A stretch of DNA of 59,930 bases, the filler included, from Trypethelium eluteriae (lineage: Eukaryota): NCBI GenBank assembly GCA_051942245.1. It is 2 parts of 2 records of this genome, joined end to end, with 100 filler letters (N's around TTAATTAATTAA, not from the genome) between each part and the next. Parts side by side here need not be neighbours in the genome. Positions count along the whole stretch, not along the records: positions 1 to 29,964 come from JAVECL010000286.1; positions 30,065 to 59,930 come from JAVECL010000287.1. The stretch is one strand, 5' to 3'. Under the pieces are notes generated by a model that did not search any database, was not told the DNA's origin, and saw nothing but the letters and a program-made list of their open reading frames with translations. This document shows positions 26,276 through 38,457 of this stretch, one piece after another. Position 1 is the first letter of the stretch, and each line of letters opens with the position of its first letter. The translations under genes and the position numbers were made by a program.

Positions 26276-28564
26276 TCAATCAAATATTCCTAGAACTGTC
26301 TCGAGTTTCGTCATCATCTCGGCATACTCCGCATGGTCATCGCTTTGCACTGTAATCGCTCCGCCTGCACCGATATGCCAGAAATCGCGACCATCTCGGC
26401 GCTCCTGGTCCCAGCTGAATGCAGTCCGGATGGCGACGCTGAAATCGCCTCCGCCGCCAACATCTAGATAACCGATTACGCCGGAATAGATGCCACGTGC
26501 TCTGTTTCCCTCGATCCTCTTCAGAAGCTCGCAGGACCGCTTCTTCGGTGCGCCGGTCATCGATCCCGGGGGCAAAGAAGCAGCTAAGACGTCTATACCG
26601 CCAGTCTTGTCCAATTTGGAAGAGAGATCGCCCTCGACAACACTGACAAGCTGATACACAGTGGCGTATTCCTCCACGCCCATGAGCTTCGCCACATGAG
26701 CCTCTCCAGAACGGAGAATACCATTCAAATCATGCCGAATCAAATCCACGATCATCAGGTTCTCAGCCCTCTCCTTCGAGGACTCAAAAAATTGCTCTGC
26801 CTTCTCATACGTCATGCCGGGAGTCTTCTTGAGGGTTCCTTTGATTGGTCGAAATTGGCAGTGGCCATGTCGATCCCAGCTCAAGAAGCGTTCGGGACTG
26901 CTGCTGATGACAGATACGCTACTGTCGCCATTTTCCGCGCCGAACCGCAGGTGAGCAGCAAATGGCGCAGCGTTTAATTTCCGGAGACGCTGATAGAGCT
27001 CCCAGACATGATGCGATCGGCTAACGGAAGCCGGCGACACAACAAGCCCCTCAGCTGTCAGACACAGTTCATAGGAATTGCCTGCTCGTATTTCCTCCTT
27101 GCACGTTCGGATGCTTTTGATATACGTTTCTTTCTCCGGGGAACAGATACCTACAGCCTTTAAAGATATTCCATTCTCTAATCCATCCGTGCATTTCTTT
27201 TTCGAGTGTGTGATGGCACTCTGTATTTCTGCTATCCATTCTTCGTCTTTGGGCTTAATGCTCTGTATCCAGGTGCGGTTCTCTGCGTTATCGATGACTA
27301 CGCTTCGTTCGACGAAGGCAAAACAAGCATCAGGACGTGAAGGTCGAGTAGCCCCATCTACATCGATAGACGCTAATGCTGCTTCATACGATACGAAACC
27401 TAGTAGACCTCCCCAGAATGGTGATCTGGCGTCTCCTCCCATAGGCTTATCGACGGAGCTCATGAATTCTCTCAGGTAATTCCAGAGGTCAGCCTGGTTT
27501 TTTTGGTCTAAGATTTCATCCTGGCCATTCCGAACCTCGATGCGGGAGGTATTCATGAAGTACAAAACTCTCTTCGTGTCTGGATAGGAAAAGCCAGCGA
27601 TGGTGAAGCGTCCGGTCTCAGAGTGTATCGGAATTTTCGCTGCTCTCTGAACTGACTCTAAAAGCAAAAGAGAGCCTCCGGTCGAGCTTGCCGCATTTCT
27701 GAGCACATCCACATCAATGGAAGAATTTGTGATGCGTTCAGATCGTATGGTGGGTGCGAGCCTGCATGTCGATGCTGCAATTAGGCTGCTTGCCTGACTA
27801 ATTGAAGGCGTTATGCGAGCTTCATTGTCCCTGCAGATACGTTCAGTACTGGGTTTCCTGCTGCTGCGATTCCACTCAGAAGCTTCATTCCACCAATTTT
27901 GTATCAGTCTTGCGCCCGCTGCATTTGTACAGGCAGATTCTGGATGAAACTGGACGCCCCAGTAGGGCTTCTCTCGATGGCGTACCGCCGACAATATCAA
28001 TGGGCTAGTGGCTGAGGTTCGATGCCACGCTAGAGGCTCGAGCTTCTTACGAGAATCACCGAGATCTGCAGCCAGAGAATTGTACTGTGTTGCTCGCAGA
28101 TCGCCAATACCTTTAAAAATGGAGCGGTTCGAATGCACTATCTGCGCAACGATTCCATGTTGAGGATTTTCGACCCGATAAATGGTCCCACCATGCGACA
28201 GTATCAGACTCTGAAACCCGAGACAAATTCCGAGAACTGGGACCACGAAATCTGCACCAAGGTTCCAAAGGTACGCGATGAGGCCAACATCTCCGCCCTG
28301 TTCTGCTGTTCCAGGCCCGGGGCCAGCGATGACGGCATCAAATCGCCGAACATATTCGAGGAATAAAGACGCGTCTTGCCCAAGGAAACGGGCGTCATCT
28401 ATGCGTATAGTCTCGACTGAAGCTTTCAGAAGATATGTAAGGAGAACCACTATGTTGTTAGAGAAAGAATCGTAGGCATCAATGTAGAGGAAAACGGGCA
28501 TGTCTTGGGCCTTCCCCATTGGGGGACTCGAGATTGCTCGCGTGCTAGCCAGAGTGGATGACAT
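26276..28564 (-). CDS. ABZ1: Aminodeoxychorismate synthase (PabA-PabB fusion)
   Basis: IDAYDSFSNN, GPGPG, LGICLGFQ and QFHPES (GATase I). SSPERF, RPIKGT, ENLMIVDLIRHDL and PPGSMTGAPKKR (chorismate-binding). Confidence 0.95.
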   Translation of the reverse strand: MSSTLASTRAISSPPMGKAQDMPVFLYIDAYDSFSNNIVVLLTYLLKASVETIRIDDARFLGQDASLFLEYVRRFDAVIAGPGPGTAEQGGDVGLIAYLWNLGADFVVPVLGICLGFQSLILSHGGTIYRVENPQHGIVAQIVHSNRSIFKGIGDLRATQYNSLAADLGDSRKKLEPLAWHRTSATSPLILSAVRHREKPYWGVQFHPESACTNAAGARLIQNWWNEASEWNRSSRKPSTERICRDNEARITPSISQASSLIAASTCRLAPTIRSERITNSSIDVDVLRNAASSTGGSLLLLESVQRAAKIPIHSETGRFTIAGFSYPDTKRVLYFMNTSRIEVRNGQDEILDQKNQADLWNYLREFMSSVDKPMGGDARSPFWGGLLGFVSYEAALASIDVDGATRPSRPDACFAFVERSVVIDNAENRTWIQSIKPKDEEWIAEIQSAITHSKKKCTDGLENGISLKAVGICSPEKETYIKSIRTCKEEIRAGNSYELCLTAEGLVVSPASVSRSHHVWELYQRLRKLNAAPFAAHLRFGAENGDSSVSVISSSPERFLSWDRHGHCQFRPIKGTLKKTPGMTYEKAEQFFESSKERAENLMIVDLIRHDLNGILRSGEAHVAKLMGVEEYATVYQLVSVVEGDLSSKLDKTGGIDVLAASLPPGSMTGAPKKRSCELLKRIEGNRARGIYSGVIGYLDVGGGGDFSVAIRTAFSWDQERRDGRDFWHIGAGGAITVQSDDHAEYAEMMTKLETVLGIFD

Positions 28565-29331
28565 GATTCAAACTTCAAACTCTGACGGTAGTTCAGAGGT
28601 GCAGGGAGTTGTGGTTGAGCTACAACTGTGAATGTCTGAGCTACCTTGGCTTACGCAAAATGGGTGTGATACAATCACGTGTTCAAGTGTGGACACCGAG
28701 TGGATATCACTTAGGATGGCTGTGAAATTGGTAACACTAGTTGATAGTCATGTGAGCTTGATAGAGTGATACTTTGAACATGAGCGCGGCTTCCTCTGAC
28801 TGATTAAACACACTTCCCGATATATCCTCTTCTTGCGGAAGGTTCCCCTGCACGACGCCGGTCTTCTGACGAACTTTTGGGGTACAAATATTGCGAGAAA
28901 GGAAAATGGAACAATTAGACAAAGAAAAGTGCGGCTGAAACAGTATTGAGCCTCACTGAAAGACTCTTGGTTGGTTTCCTTGTTTCCAGCCCTCTGGGGT
29001 AGTCACTAGCAAAGATGGAGCAGATGGATCAGAAATTTGTCTGCTTAGTCATTATCTGATGTCAGCCCACTAACCGACACGAACTGTACCTAAGCCAACC
29101 AATAAGCACGTCGAGTAGCCAAGATCCTCTACATTGTTCTCAGGAATGTGACAGTTTTATGGTGACATCCCCCAAAGCAAGAAATCAAACCTGAGATACA
29201 TAAAAGAATATGTACTAGAAGTCTTTAGGCGCTTACCTATATCATATGTGTGTAATATTCGGGTGGGAGCCTAATTGACTCGGTGGCCATGTCGAGTCTG
29301 TCTCTAATAACTTTGCCATCATCTCCCCAAT

Positions 29332-29964
29332 ATGGCTGCCATGCAGGAACCTCAGCTCGACGAGACCGTTTGGACAAATCCTACTGAGATGCAGAGACTT
29401 GGAGGTCTCAATCAAAACACAGGTTCGATAAAGCTTCATTTGAGCACACTGCACCAGCCTCGCTGACTACCGCTAAGTTCACTTCTATTTCTCACAGTCG
29501 CCTTTCTTTGATCGGAGTTCCAAAAATGGCATCCTTATCACGCAGGCACAATTCAATCCCTCCATGGCATATATAATGTTCAATCGTGATGCATTTGAGC
29601 GAAGACTACAGGAAATGTCAGGGGTCGAATATCTCATTGCAAGCGATACCCCAGAACTAAGAGCTTTCCCATCCAATGACTCAAACGGCATCTGGATTCT
29701 TCGCAAACAAGACCGCAAATCTGCGTCACTCAATGCCGAAGTCGAGGTCCTGGGCACATATTTCATCGTCAACACCAATGTCTTCATGGCCAGCTCACTC
29801 GGCGACATCATGAACAACAGACTGGTCAGTTCCGACCCAAACTGCAAGAATTACACCTTCAGCTAACACCAAGACCAGCTCACCAGCACCCTCGCCATCT
29901 CCAAAGCCCTCTCCACCGTCTCCAACCTCTCCTACTTCACCCCCCGCACCGGCCACTCCTACTT
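29332..29964 (+). CDS. MED6: Mediator subunit Med6, interrupted by an assembly gap
   Basis: EPQLDETVW, VHFYFSQSPFFDRSSKN, FERRLQEMSGVEY, WILRKQDR, TYFIV and FTPRTGHSY. Two introns; runs into the N-gap. The C-terminus may be GTC GAG GAG AAG TAA at 30066-30080. Confidence 0.85.
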
Positions 29965-30064
29965 NNNNNNNNNNNNNNNNNNNNNNNNNNNNNNNNNNNN
30001 NNNNNNNNTTAATTAATTAANNNNNNNNNNNNNNNNNNNNNNNNNNNNNNNNNNNNNNNNNNNN
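29965..30064. other. Artificial scaffold spacer: N44-TTAATTAATTAA-N44 (100 nt)
   Basis: 44 N, a 12-mer with stops in all six frames (30009-30020), and 44 N. Confidence 0.95.
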
Positions 30065-30557
30065 GGTCGAGGAGAAGTAAGAAGGCTGGGTAAAAATATG
30101 TATGATACACATAACAATCAAAAAGTTGGGAATATTCAATTCAAGAGGATAATCGGTCTTGAAGGCTGACCTGCATATACCGTGTGACTTCAAGCATTAG
30201 ACGTATTCTCTGTAAAATGGATTCTTCATATAATCATGACTTTCGTTTCAATCATCGTTGGTCTTGTACTGAGTATCCTGGTAATTCATAATGCGACCCA
30301 ATTCGGTAAGTCGCAGTGAGCACAACGTAGAGTTTAGATTTGATGGCAGATTTGGTGGGGTTTTGGAGTCGCTCCTGCGCAAACCGACATCATCCCACAC
30401 AGAAAGCTCGCTCAGCTTGGATTCTAGCACGCGCGTCGCTTGCAGGCACCACTTTACAACTATCTTCGGCTCTCAATGTCTTGACCCTCGAAAAGAACGC
30501 TTAAATCGAGTTGTTGCACCAGATAGAGGGTCAAAGCAGTGAGGCAATTCGCCCATC

Positions 30558-32183
30558 ATGGCACCTCAAACGCCGGCCGTTGTCATGGACAAGTACGTAA
30601 ATAGTCACTCCTTGCTCCTGATCCCTATGAAGGACCTTATTGACGTTGAAACAGCGGTACGGGCTACTCGAAGTTAGGTACGATATATCACATCGCGATG
30701 TCACTCCGCCAATTTCAAGGCGCTGACGCATGAATCTCTAGGCTTCGCCGGCAACGACTCTCCCTCCTTCGTTTTTCCTACCGCCATTGCAACGAAAGGC
30801 CCGGCCGCCGGCTCTGGTGGATCTGGTTCAGGTCGTCCGGCGGTCGCGAATAAGCCTTCTTTCCTTACGGGCGGTGCGGGACCTAGTGGGCATCTTTCAG
30901 CAAAGCGAGGAACTGAAGATCTTGATTTTTTCATTGGAGATGAGGCATTATCAGCAGCCGCAGGGCCTGGTATGAGGATAAAGATGCTTTGCCCGAGTGA
31001 GATGGGCTGACGCTGTTGGCAGGTTATGGCATACACTATCCCATACGGCATGGACAAATAGAAAATTGGGTAATTGGCATCGTACAGGTCCTCAAGAGGC
31101 TGGCTTACAAAGACGTCAGGATCACATGGAGCGCTTCTGGTCCAACTCAATATTTAAATATCTCCGGGTCGAACCCGAAGACCACTACTTCCTCCTCACA
31201 GAGCCCGTATGCTCCCTCTTTCTCATCCCTATCCCCGTCAAGCCCCCATAGACTAACCTCACACGCTCCTACGTTAGCCCCTCAATCCTCCAGAAAACCG
31301 TGAAAACACCGCCGAAATCATGTTCGAATCGTTCAACTGCTCCGGCCTGTACATTGCGGTGCAAGCGGTGCTCGCCCTCGCCGCCTCCTGGACCAGCACG
31401 AAAGTCACCGACCGCTCCCTCACCGGCACCGTCATCGACTCCGGCGAAGGCGTCACGCACGTCATCCCCGTAGCCGAGGGCTACGTGATCGGATCCTCCA
31501 TCAAATCCATCCCCATCGCGGGACGGGACATCACGTACTTTGTGCAGCAGCTCCTGCGGGACCGGGGCGAGCCAGACAGCAGCCTGAAGACGGCGGAGCG
31601 CATCAAGGAAAAGGAGTGCTATGTCTGCCCGGACATTGTGAAGGAGTTTGCCCGCTTCGATGCCGATCGCGAGCAGTTTCGCAAGTTTCACGTGGCGGAT
31701 CCCGTGGCGGGCAGGAAGGGCGTCACGGTGGATGTCGGGTATGAGCGGTTTTTGGCGCCGGAGATCTTCTTCAACCCGGAGATTTATAGTAGTGATTTCT
31801 TGACCCCGCTGCCGAATATTGTGGACACCGTCATTCAGAGCTCGCCCATTGATGTCCGGCGTGGCCTCTACAAGAATATCGTTCTGAGCGGTGGCTCAAC
31901 GCTGTACAAGAGCTTTGGGCGACGCCTGCAGCGAGATATTCGGCATCTGGTGGAGGAGCGGATTCGGGCGAGCGAGGCGCGGAGCGGAGGTGCGAAGAGC
32001 GGAGGTCTGGAGGTCCAGGTGGTGGAGCACAAACGGCAGAGGCACGGTCCGTGGTTTGGTGGAAGTCTATTGGGTCAGACGCCCGAATTTCGAAGTTATT
32101 GTCATACAAAGGCGGAGTATGAGGAAGTGGGGCCGAGCATTGTAAGGAGGTTTGCTTTGTTGGGTGGCCCGGGAAGTACATAG
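30558..32183 (+). CDS. ARP3: Actin-related protein 3 (Arp2/3 complex)
   Basis: [33 protein letters not shown] (with a 23-nt microexon), [40 protein letters not shown] and [11 protein letters not shown]. Five introns in the 5' part. Confidence 0.97.
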
Positions 32184-33226
32184 ATTTGGGATTGTGTATG
32201 GAACGGAGGGAGAGTGAGCGCCTTTGGAGGAGCCCCGCTGTGTAGCGATTCAAGATCTTAGCGGTTAGAAAAAAGGCAAATGATTGTGATGGAAATATCA
32301 TATTCGAAGGGGTTTCAGGGATATCGCCTCTGACCTCAAAAAAAAAAGGTGGTTGAGTGTCCATCAATACCTCAGCTTCCATAGCATTCGCACAATCAAT
32401 GCGTATGGGAGCCAGTCACATGCCTACAGGTGGAGTGAACAAAGATCGCAAGAAAAGGATCACAGATGGATCGAGTTCCGTTTCATCAACTAGGTATCTA
32501 AGACTCGTCCCTTTCCAACGCAGCTTCTTGTGCTTGATGTCCATTCCAATGCCGAGAGGGCGATATGACCCGATTTCCAAATCATCGCCTATATAGAAAG
32601 CTGCCGCCCAAGGTCTAGAAGTAACAGTAATTATACCAATTACAAATATTGTGAATATGTATACGCAATAGATATATATTTGCAGAGAATGGAAAAATGT
32701 AGGGCGCGATGCGCGGTGATGACTGGAAAAACCAGTTGGGTATAGAGCAGAAAACAGATGTTCCTTCAACGATGTTTCTCGGAGTGATGGCGAACCTATG
32801 TGTGGAAAGAGGTGTCGCGCATTCGTGTGAATTTTGGTACAAGATGTCGCAAATGACAGTAATGCCAACGACGGCGTATCTCTTTGCTTGGACGGGGAAA
32901 CACGAACCTCTGGTGTGTCCGAAGTCAAGGAACACCCCATGATACGTGAATTCGGGTTATCCATGGGAGATTGCTGCAGAGAAGAATGTGTGCTCAACAT
33001 AGGTTTCGTGATCTGACCGCAATTGAGTAGAGGGCATGACTAGGATAAGAGTCTGCCGTATCTGTCAAGTGGGAGTGATGAGGAGTCGTAATGAAATTAG
33101 TCGAGAAAACGTGGTCGAGAAAATGGAAAAGGTCGCTCGAATATCGTAAAATCGCCGTGATGCATGAGCCACTGATGTGCGCTGCTCAGATATTGTATCC
33201 ATAGCCTCTTTCTGTCAAGGCTGCCG

Positions 33227-35006
33227 TCACGGACTCGGGGGTATTCCGTGGTCGCCAGATCCTCCCATGCTCTCTGCAGATTCCCCCTCAATTGTTTTTC
33301 GCCAATGCTGTGGTAAGCAGACGCAAACAAGCTAGGAAGGTCAGCCATATCTTCTAGGTAATGGAAAAATAGAGGCGGCAAATGACTTACTGGGAAGGCC
33401 TTGATTTCACCGTTCGTCGGACTGCTTCTGCTACTTCCATTACTCATCCCGCTGTCTCTTTGTGGGTTGTGTCGATCGTCCTCATAATCCTCCGCGCTTT
33501 CAATCAGCCTGACTCCCGTTGCCCAGCCGTCATCCCAGATTCCGACGACCTTCAGCATGTCTCCGCGCTCCAATTCGAACTCGTCGTTGGCCCTAGGTTG
33601 GTAAGCCCATAAGACAGCCACCTTGTCACCCGGTCGAATCTCGTCCTGTGAATAGTAGTCTTTGAAGAAAGTCAGTTGCTCAGACTGTCCGCTGCCAACG
33701 CCTTCTGGTGAGCTGTATTCGCCATTACTGTTGGTTTGTGGTGAGCTCTCATCTTCCATGCCAGCTGCAGCTATAGCACCTAAATGGCTTCCGCTCGATA
33801 GGCTCCCACTTCGTTTTGGAGGCACTCGGAGTCCCGATTCAGGGCTGTCCTCGTACTCATGAGGCTCGTCCTCACCCGCTCTCTCCAAGGCCGACATCCG
33901 AGCAACGCGGCCGCCTACGATTCCATAACGTGCAGGACTAACCGATGTGTCACCATCTCTGAAGGACATGGCCGGCAATCCACCAGGAGAGCGTGTCGGA
34001 GAAGGTCGATTGAACACACTGCTGCTCCGCTGGCTTCGATGGCGACGCCGTAGCAAGACGCAACATCCAATTATTAATGCTAGGAGGAGAAGAGCACCTA
34101 GGACAGATCCAACGACAATACCGGCTATTTGGCCTCCACTGAGACCTTGGGCATTGTTTGAGGCACTTGGCGAGGTGGTCGTAAACAATGGGGGCATGGG
34201 TGTCGTAACAGGGAGCTTTACGTCAGTACAACGAGTTGTAGTGTTGGAGAAGACACAGCACGAGTCGGTAGCATTAGGCGAGCTCGCAGCACAGTAGCCG
34301 CAAAGGCCTCCCAAGTTATTTGAAAATCCGCAATTGTCAGGCTCATTCTGGACACCTTCGATACATGTTTGTGTCAGTGAGTTCTGAGGTAAAGCGCAAT
34401 TCGTGAAGTCGGCCCGGATTTGAGAAATAGCATTTGATCCTGCTGTGCCACAGATTTGAGGTGTCGAGACTATCTGTTGCTCCGAACGGGCATAATCAGC
34501 CTGCATGAATGTCAGCCTCAGCTTCCCCAATCCTTCTCTGGATGGTAATTACACATGTGTCTGCGCATAGAGGTGCCGTCGCATTTCCAGACAGCGAGCA
34601 TGGCTCTATTGAATTTTGAACGATTGCATTGCACAACACGCTTGTAGTGTATCTTGCGTATAGGTCGACCGAGTGCGACAAGTCGAGGCTCGAACATCCG
34701 ATAAGTTGTTGGTATCTGGACCTGGAATCAGAAATAGTCGCAATGAGACAGCTGAATTTTCTCTTACCTCTGTTGTGAGAAGCCATTGCCGATGTAATTT
34801 TGGAGGCCGGAATCGAAGGAACTTAAGTCTTCAACAGAAGAGAGAAAGGGACTGGATGCGCATTGTTATCAGCTACTAGCTGCTCCCAGACCACGGATTG
34901 ATTCCACTTACAAAAGTCCCACCAATGTAGAGTCGTTGGAAATAGAGGCAGAAGCAAATGCTGGACATGCTGTCGATCCTCGCAAAGATATACAATTTGT
35001 AGCCAT
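33227..35006 (-). CDS. Single-pass membrane protein: Cys-rich ectodomain, TM helix and cytosolic SH3 domain
   Basis: NCISLRGSTACPAF.., YARYTTSVLCNAIVQNS, TM IAGIVVGSVLGALLLLALIIGCC, SH3 LWAYQPRANDEFELERGD..WDDGWATG..AFPLVCVCLP. About 4 introns. The true start may be 35155 (see findings). Confidence 0.75.
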
Positions 35007-37295
35007 TGCCGTAGGAGGTGTTGCTAGAATCCCGGTATATATGTATTAATCCCTAAGCTCTTGCCGACGGTCTCTCGGGATGGCTTCCTCGAATGCTTCC
35101 GGGACAACGAAACCCGAGGTGATTCAGGTGGTGGAAGCACGCCTATATCAGTCATAACATAGCGACCATTTCGTACGACGGTCTTTCAGCTGGTGGCAAA
35201 TGTACAGGTGAGGCGGCCGGTAGCTGGTCGATCACCACCACTTCCAGGTCAGATCAGTTCTGTGGTTGAGGTACGGCCCCACGAACTGCGAACACCAAAA
35301 GCAGATGCTGGAACCACGGTACAACAGAGAAGGGAATTATCCAAAGTAAACGAGCGAGATACTAAACGAAGGATGGAATTCGAGAAGGAAGAAGCAAAGG
35401 GAGGTACGGAGTACCAGAGCGGCACGAGAGTTCGTGGTAACAAAGGGTACCTGCGTGTGTCGTACTCGGGGAGGAGAAGCAGCAGGAGCGACACGAACAA
35501 AACATTGGCTAGGAAGTTCGGAGTGTCAAGCTCGGATTGGGCGAGGCAAAGATGCGCCAGTGATTATCGGCTTTAGGGAGAGTCTACCTGCCAGCCCACT
35601 TAGTCCACTTAGCCCAGAACTTGCCGCTTCCTAGACTCCTTCAGGAGTGATGCCCGGCCGTTGCAGGGTCTTTGGAAATTAATCCTCGGATCAGACTCTC
35701 CAAGAATAATATTGCCATCTCCTACCGCGCGGGCTCTTGAAACATGAAAAGCATAAAAAGCATATGAACTGAATCGCAACAGAGAATTGCTGACTGCACT
35801 CCAGAAATTCTGAAACAACTCCCCGGAAGGACGATTCGGGCTGTAGACGCGTCATTTACGCAGCAGTCAGGGCGAGACTTCGGCTGGCAGCACACCCACT
35901 CCACTTGCCCAGACCAACTGCATGTCGTGCGCTTAATGCATACTAACTAAAGACAGGGTCTCCAAGGTCATTGCTGTGCGGCGAGTGGTTACATTGATTA
36001 CGATGTCCTGTATCATTCGGTTGCGCTCTCCGTAGCAATCGACACCGGCTCTCCGCTCGCATATGTTCATAAGCACCATCCGACGAACGACTTGGGGTAA
36101 GTCGTCCCTTACGGAATAACCCGACTCTGCTTTCAGGTCGCTTTACCGATTTAGCTTGTTTGACGCTTGGCGGAGAGAGCCGAGAAGGCCTGTCCCGTCT
36201 CTCGGTAGGTCTCCGGATCTTACAATCATTTGTGGAGGACCAAGGGACTGCAGGATCGATGGGACCCCTAGCCAATCATTCTGGCCTGGGGATTCTGATG
36301 TTGAATTGGTTGGAAAGACGAATACGCCCCTTTGCAGTGTGCGACGCTGGCTGCCACCAGAAAACAGAAGACTCTCTCCTCGATGCGTCGGCGAAAGACT
36401 AGAGGATATGCCTTCTGTGCTTCAGCATGTCTTCATTCTCCCCCTCATTTCCCCTGCTTGTCAATGCCTGTAAATTCTACCACTCTCCCTGCTAGAACTT
36501 TAAAGAATTTCATTCGGAAATGTAACCTCGATCCTAACACCGAAGATATTCAAAAGCTCTCGCTACGTGGGATACCCAGTTTTAAGTAGCCCTTTGATAA
36601 ACCAAGAAAATAAAGAAGCCTGACAAACCAGCATTGTAAAGCATAGACCAGCGGCCGCCAAGAGTTTCTTATTTTCTCATCAAACTCAATCTTTGAACAT
36701 TCCGCCGATCTCCCGATTTAGCAACAGTTCTTCAACATAACGTCTACCATAGCCTTGGTTGTGATTTAAGGAATTCTCCTTGCCCATATATCTTGTTGAG
36801 CAGCACTATTCTCTCAAGCAGACGCCTCAAATTTCTTATGGGATTTTTTCGTATCGATCCCGCGTAAGGAAGGCCTGCGATTTTCAGGTAACATCCGATT
36901 GTAATCGAACGAGCTCATGGAGTGTCCAAATACGGAAATTGAAAGCCGACTCGTTCACTTATACATCGTCAGGGCAAATTCAACTAAGCTCTCAGGATAT
37001 GAACAAAGGATTTGCATCTGCAGAGAAAGCACATCAAGCTATGGGACCGAATTGCAGACATAAAGGATTGGACGGCTCTCGTTACCTATGATATGATCAA
37101 CATGTGATCAACACAAAGGCATATTCGTAAAGAGGCTGTTTATTCTAGTTGAAACCATTCTGTGATACATCTGATTGTGTCGAAAGCTCTGTCAACTTAT
37201 TCATGCTAGGGAATCATCTGGTGTAGATACCATTAGCCCCCCTCCAAAGGATCATGTCAACAGAGTCTGAAGGGCATCTCCCTAGTTTGAGCGCA

Positions 37296-37958
37296 TTAGT
37301 CTCGAGAGTAGACGATGACAGTCGACGGCCAGCCCTTGCTCTCAAGTCGAATCTCTTCCAAGGCAGTTTTGGTCTTGTCCCACGGCACCTTGAACAAGCC
37401 ACTGTTGATCTGGCATGTACGAATCTCTGCAACGTCGCGGTCGCCCTTGACATCTGCAATTTGTCGTAGAAGATCCCGCATCGCTGGGGCGGTTCGCTCC
37501 AAGATAGCATTTGGTTTGTCCTTGGTCTTACCCCTTCCGCCGCTTGTGAAAAGGCATCCAATAAAGTGCTTGGGCGGATCATTTTCCTCACATGGTTCGA
37601 TGAGGTATGCAGTTCCCCGTAGCTGTGTCGCCGAAGACTCCTTGCAATGCGCTTTGTATTTCTGGAAGGCCTTGGGGTACTGTTTCCGAAATGCGGCAGC
37701 TATGCCAGCTCCCCACGATCCTTCACAGTTGCAGGCATGGATGAGAACGCTGTTTTCAGGGGCATCAAAGATATCTCCCACCTGTTCCTCGATTTGCAAA
37801 AGCTGGGACTCACCGCCGTCGCTGCCTTGGTCAGGTTGGGTCCTTGTGTCTCTATTGAGCGAGGCTGTGTCATTTTCGACCAACTTCGTGGATTTGGTTG
37901 GCGGCTGCCCCGAATCGACTTCGTTCTCCAACTGAAGAGCCGTTCTTTTCGAGGCCAT
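37296..37958 (-). CDS. POA1: ADP-ribose 1''-phosphate phosphatase (macrodomain, Poa1-like)
   Basis: GDIFDAP..LIHACNCEGSWGAGIAAAF, CLFTS and INSGLFKVPW. Confidence 0.85.
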   Translation of the reverse strand: MASKRTALQLENEVDSGQPPTKSTKLVENDTASLNRDTRTQPDQGSDGGESQLLQIEEQVGDIFDAPENSVLIHACNCEGSWGAGIAAAFRKQYPKAFQKYKAHCKESSATQLRGTAYLIEPCEENDPPKHFIGCLFTSGGRGKTKDKPNAILERTAPAMRDLLRQIADVKGDRDVAEIRTCQINSGLFKVPWDKTKTALEEIRLESKGWPSTVIVYSRD

Positions 37959-38457
37959 GATGTTTTGTTTCCTCGTATCTTAACCAGTGATTTGCAGATG
38001 TGCTCGGCAGACTGGATAATTCGATAGAAGTTGAACGACCTGAGGAGGTGCTAAGAAGGATGGATGTCATAGTGATGAAGTAGAAATAGACATTGCCGGC
38101 CTTCAGAGGTTCCCTGGGAATCACTAAGAGAAAGGTAAATCACAACACAAGTCTCAAGGTGAGTGACATATGTGCAACACAAACCCAAGGAAATACAAAT
38201 CAAACTTTTTCCGAACTAATTCAGCCAGATTCAGCTTAGATGAAATAAGGGTAGACATGCAAATTGTTCCCAACCGTGGGCGCATTGGGATTTAAACGTA
38301 GCGTTCTGTACGTGGTGAGGAAAATTTACGGTATTGATTGGGCACTAACCAATCAGCGCTCGCTTGAAACAAAGCCATCCGGAACGATTCTTCGACCTCA
38401 TCGAAGCTCCCTCGCAATAAGGTCCTCCATCCGTCCCCATCCTTCTCCACTTTCGTC

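Noticed and set aside
32416..33000. 194-aa ORF between ARP3 and the SH3 gene
   Set aside because: No recognisable motif, and it crosses AT-rich 3'-UTR-like sequence.
36780..37091. ORF containing RVRKACDF, reminiscent of a Zn2Cys6 start
   Set aside because: TTG start, the remaining cysteine spacing is absent, and there is no other sign of a gene or relic.
37315..37935. 206-aa antisense ORF over POA1, and similar shadow ORFs over other genes
   Set aside because: Antisense open frames are expected from codon bias, and no motifs were recognised.
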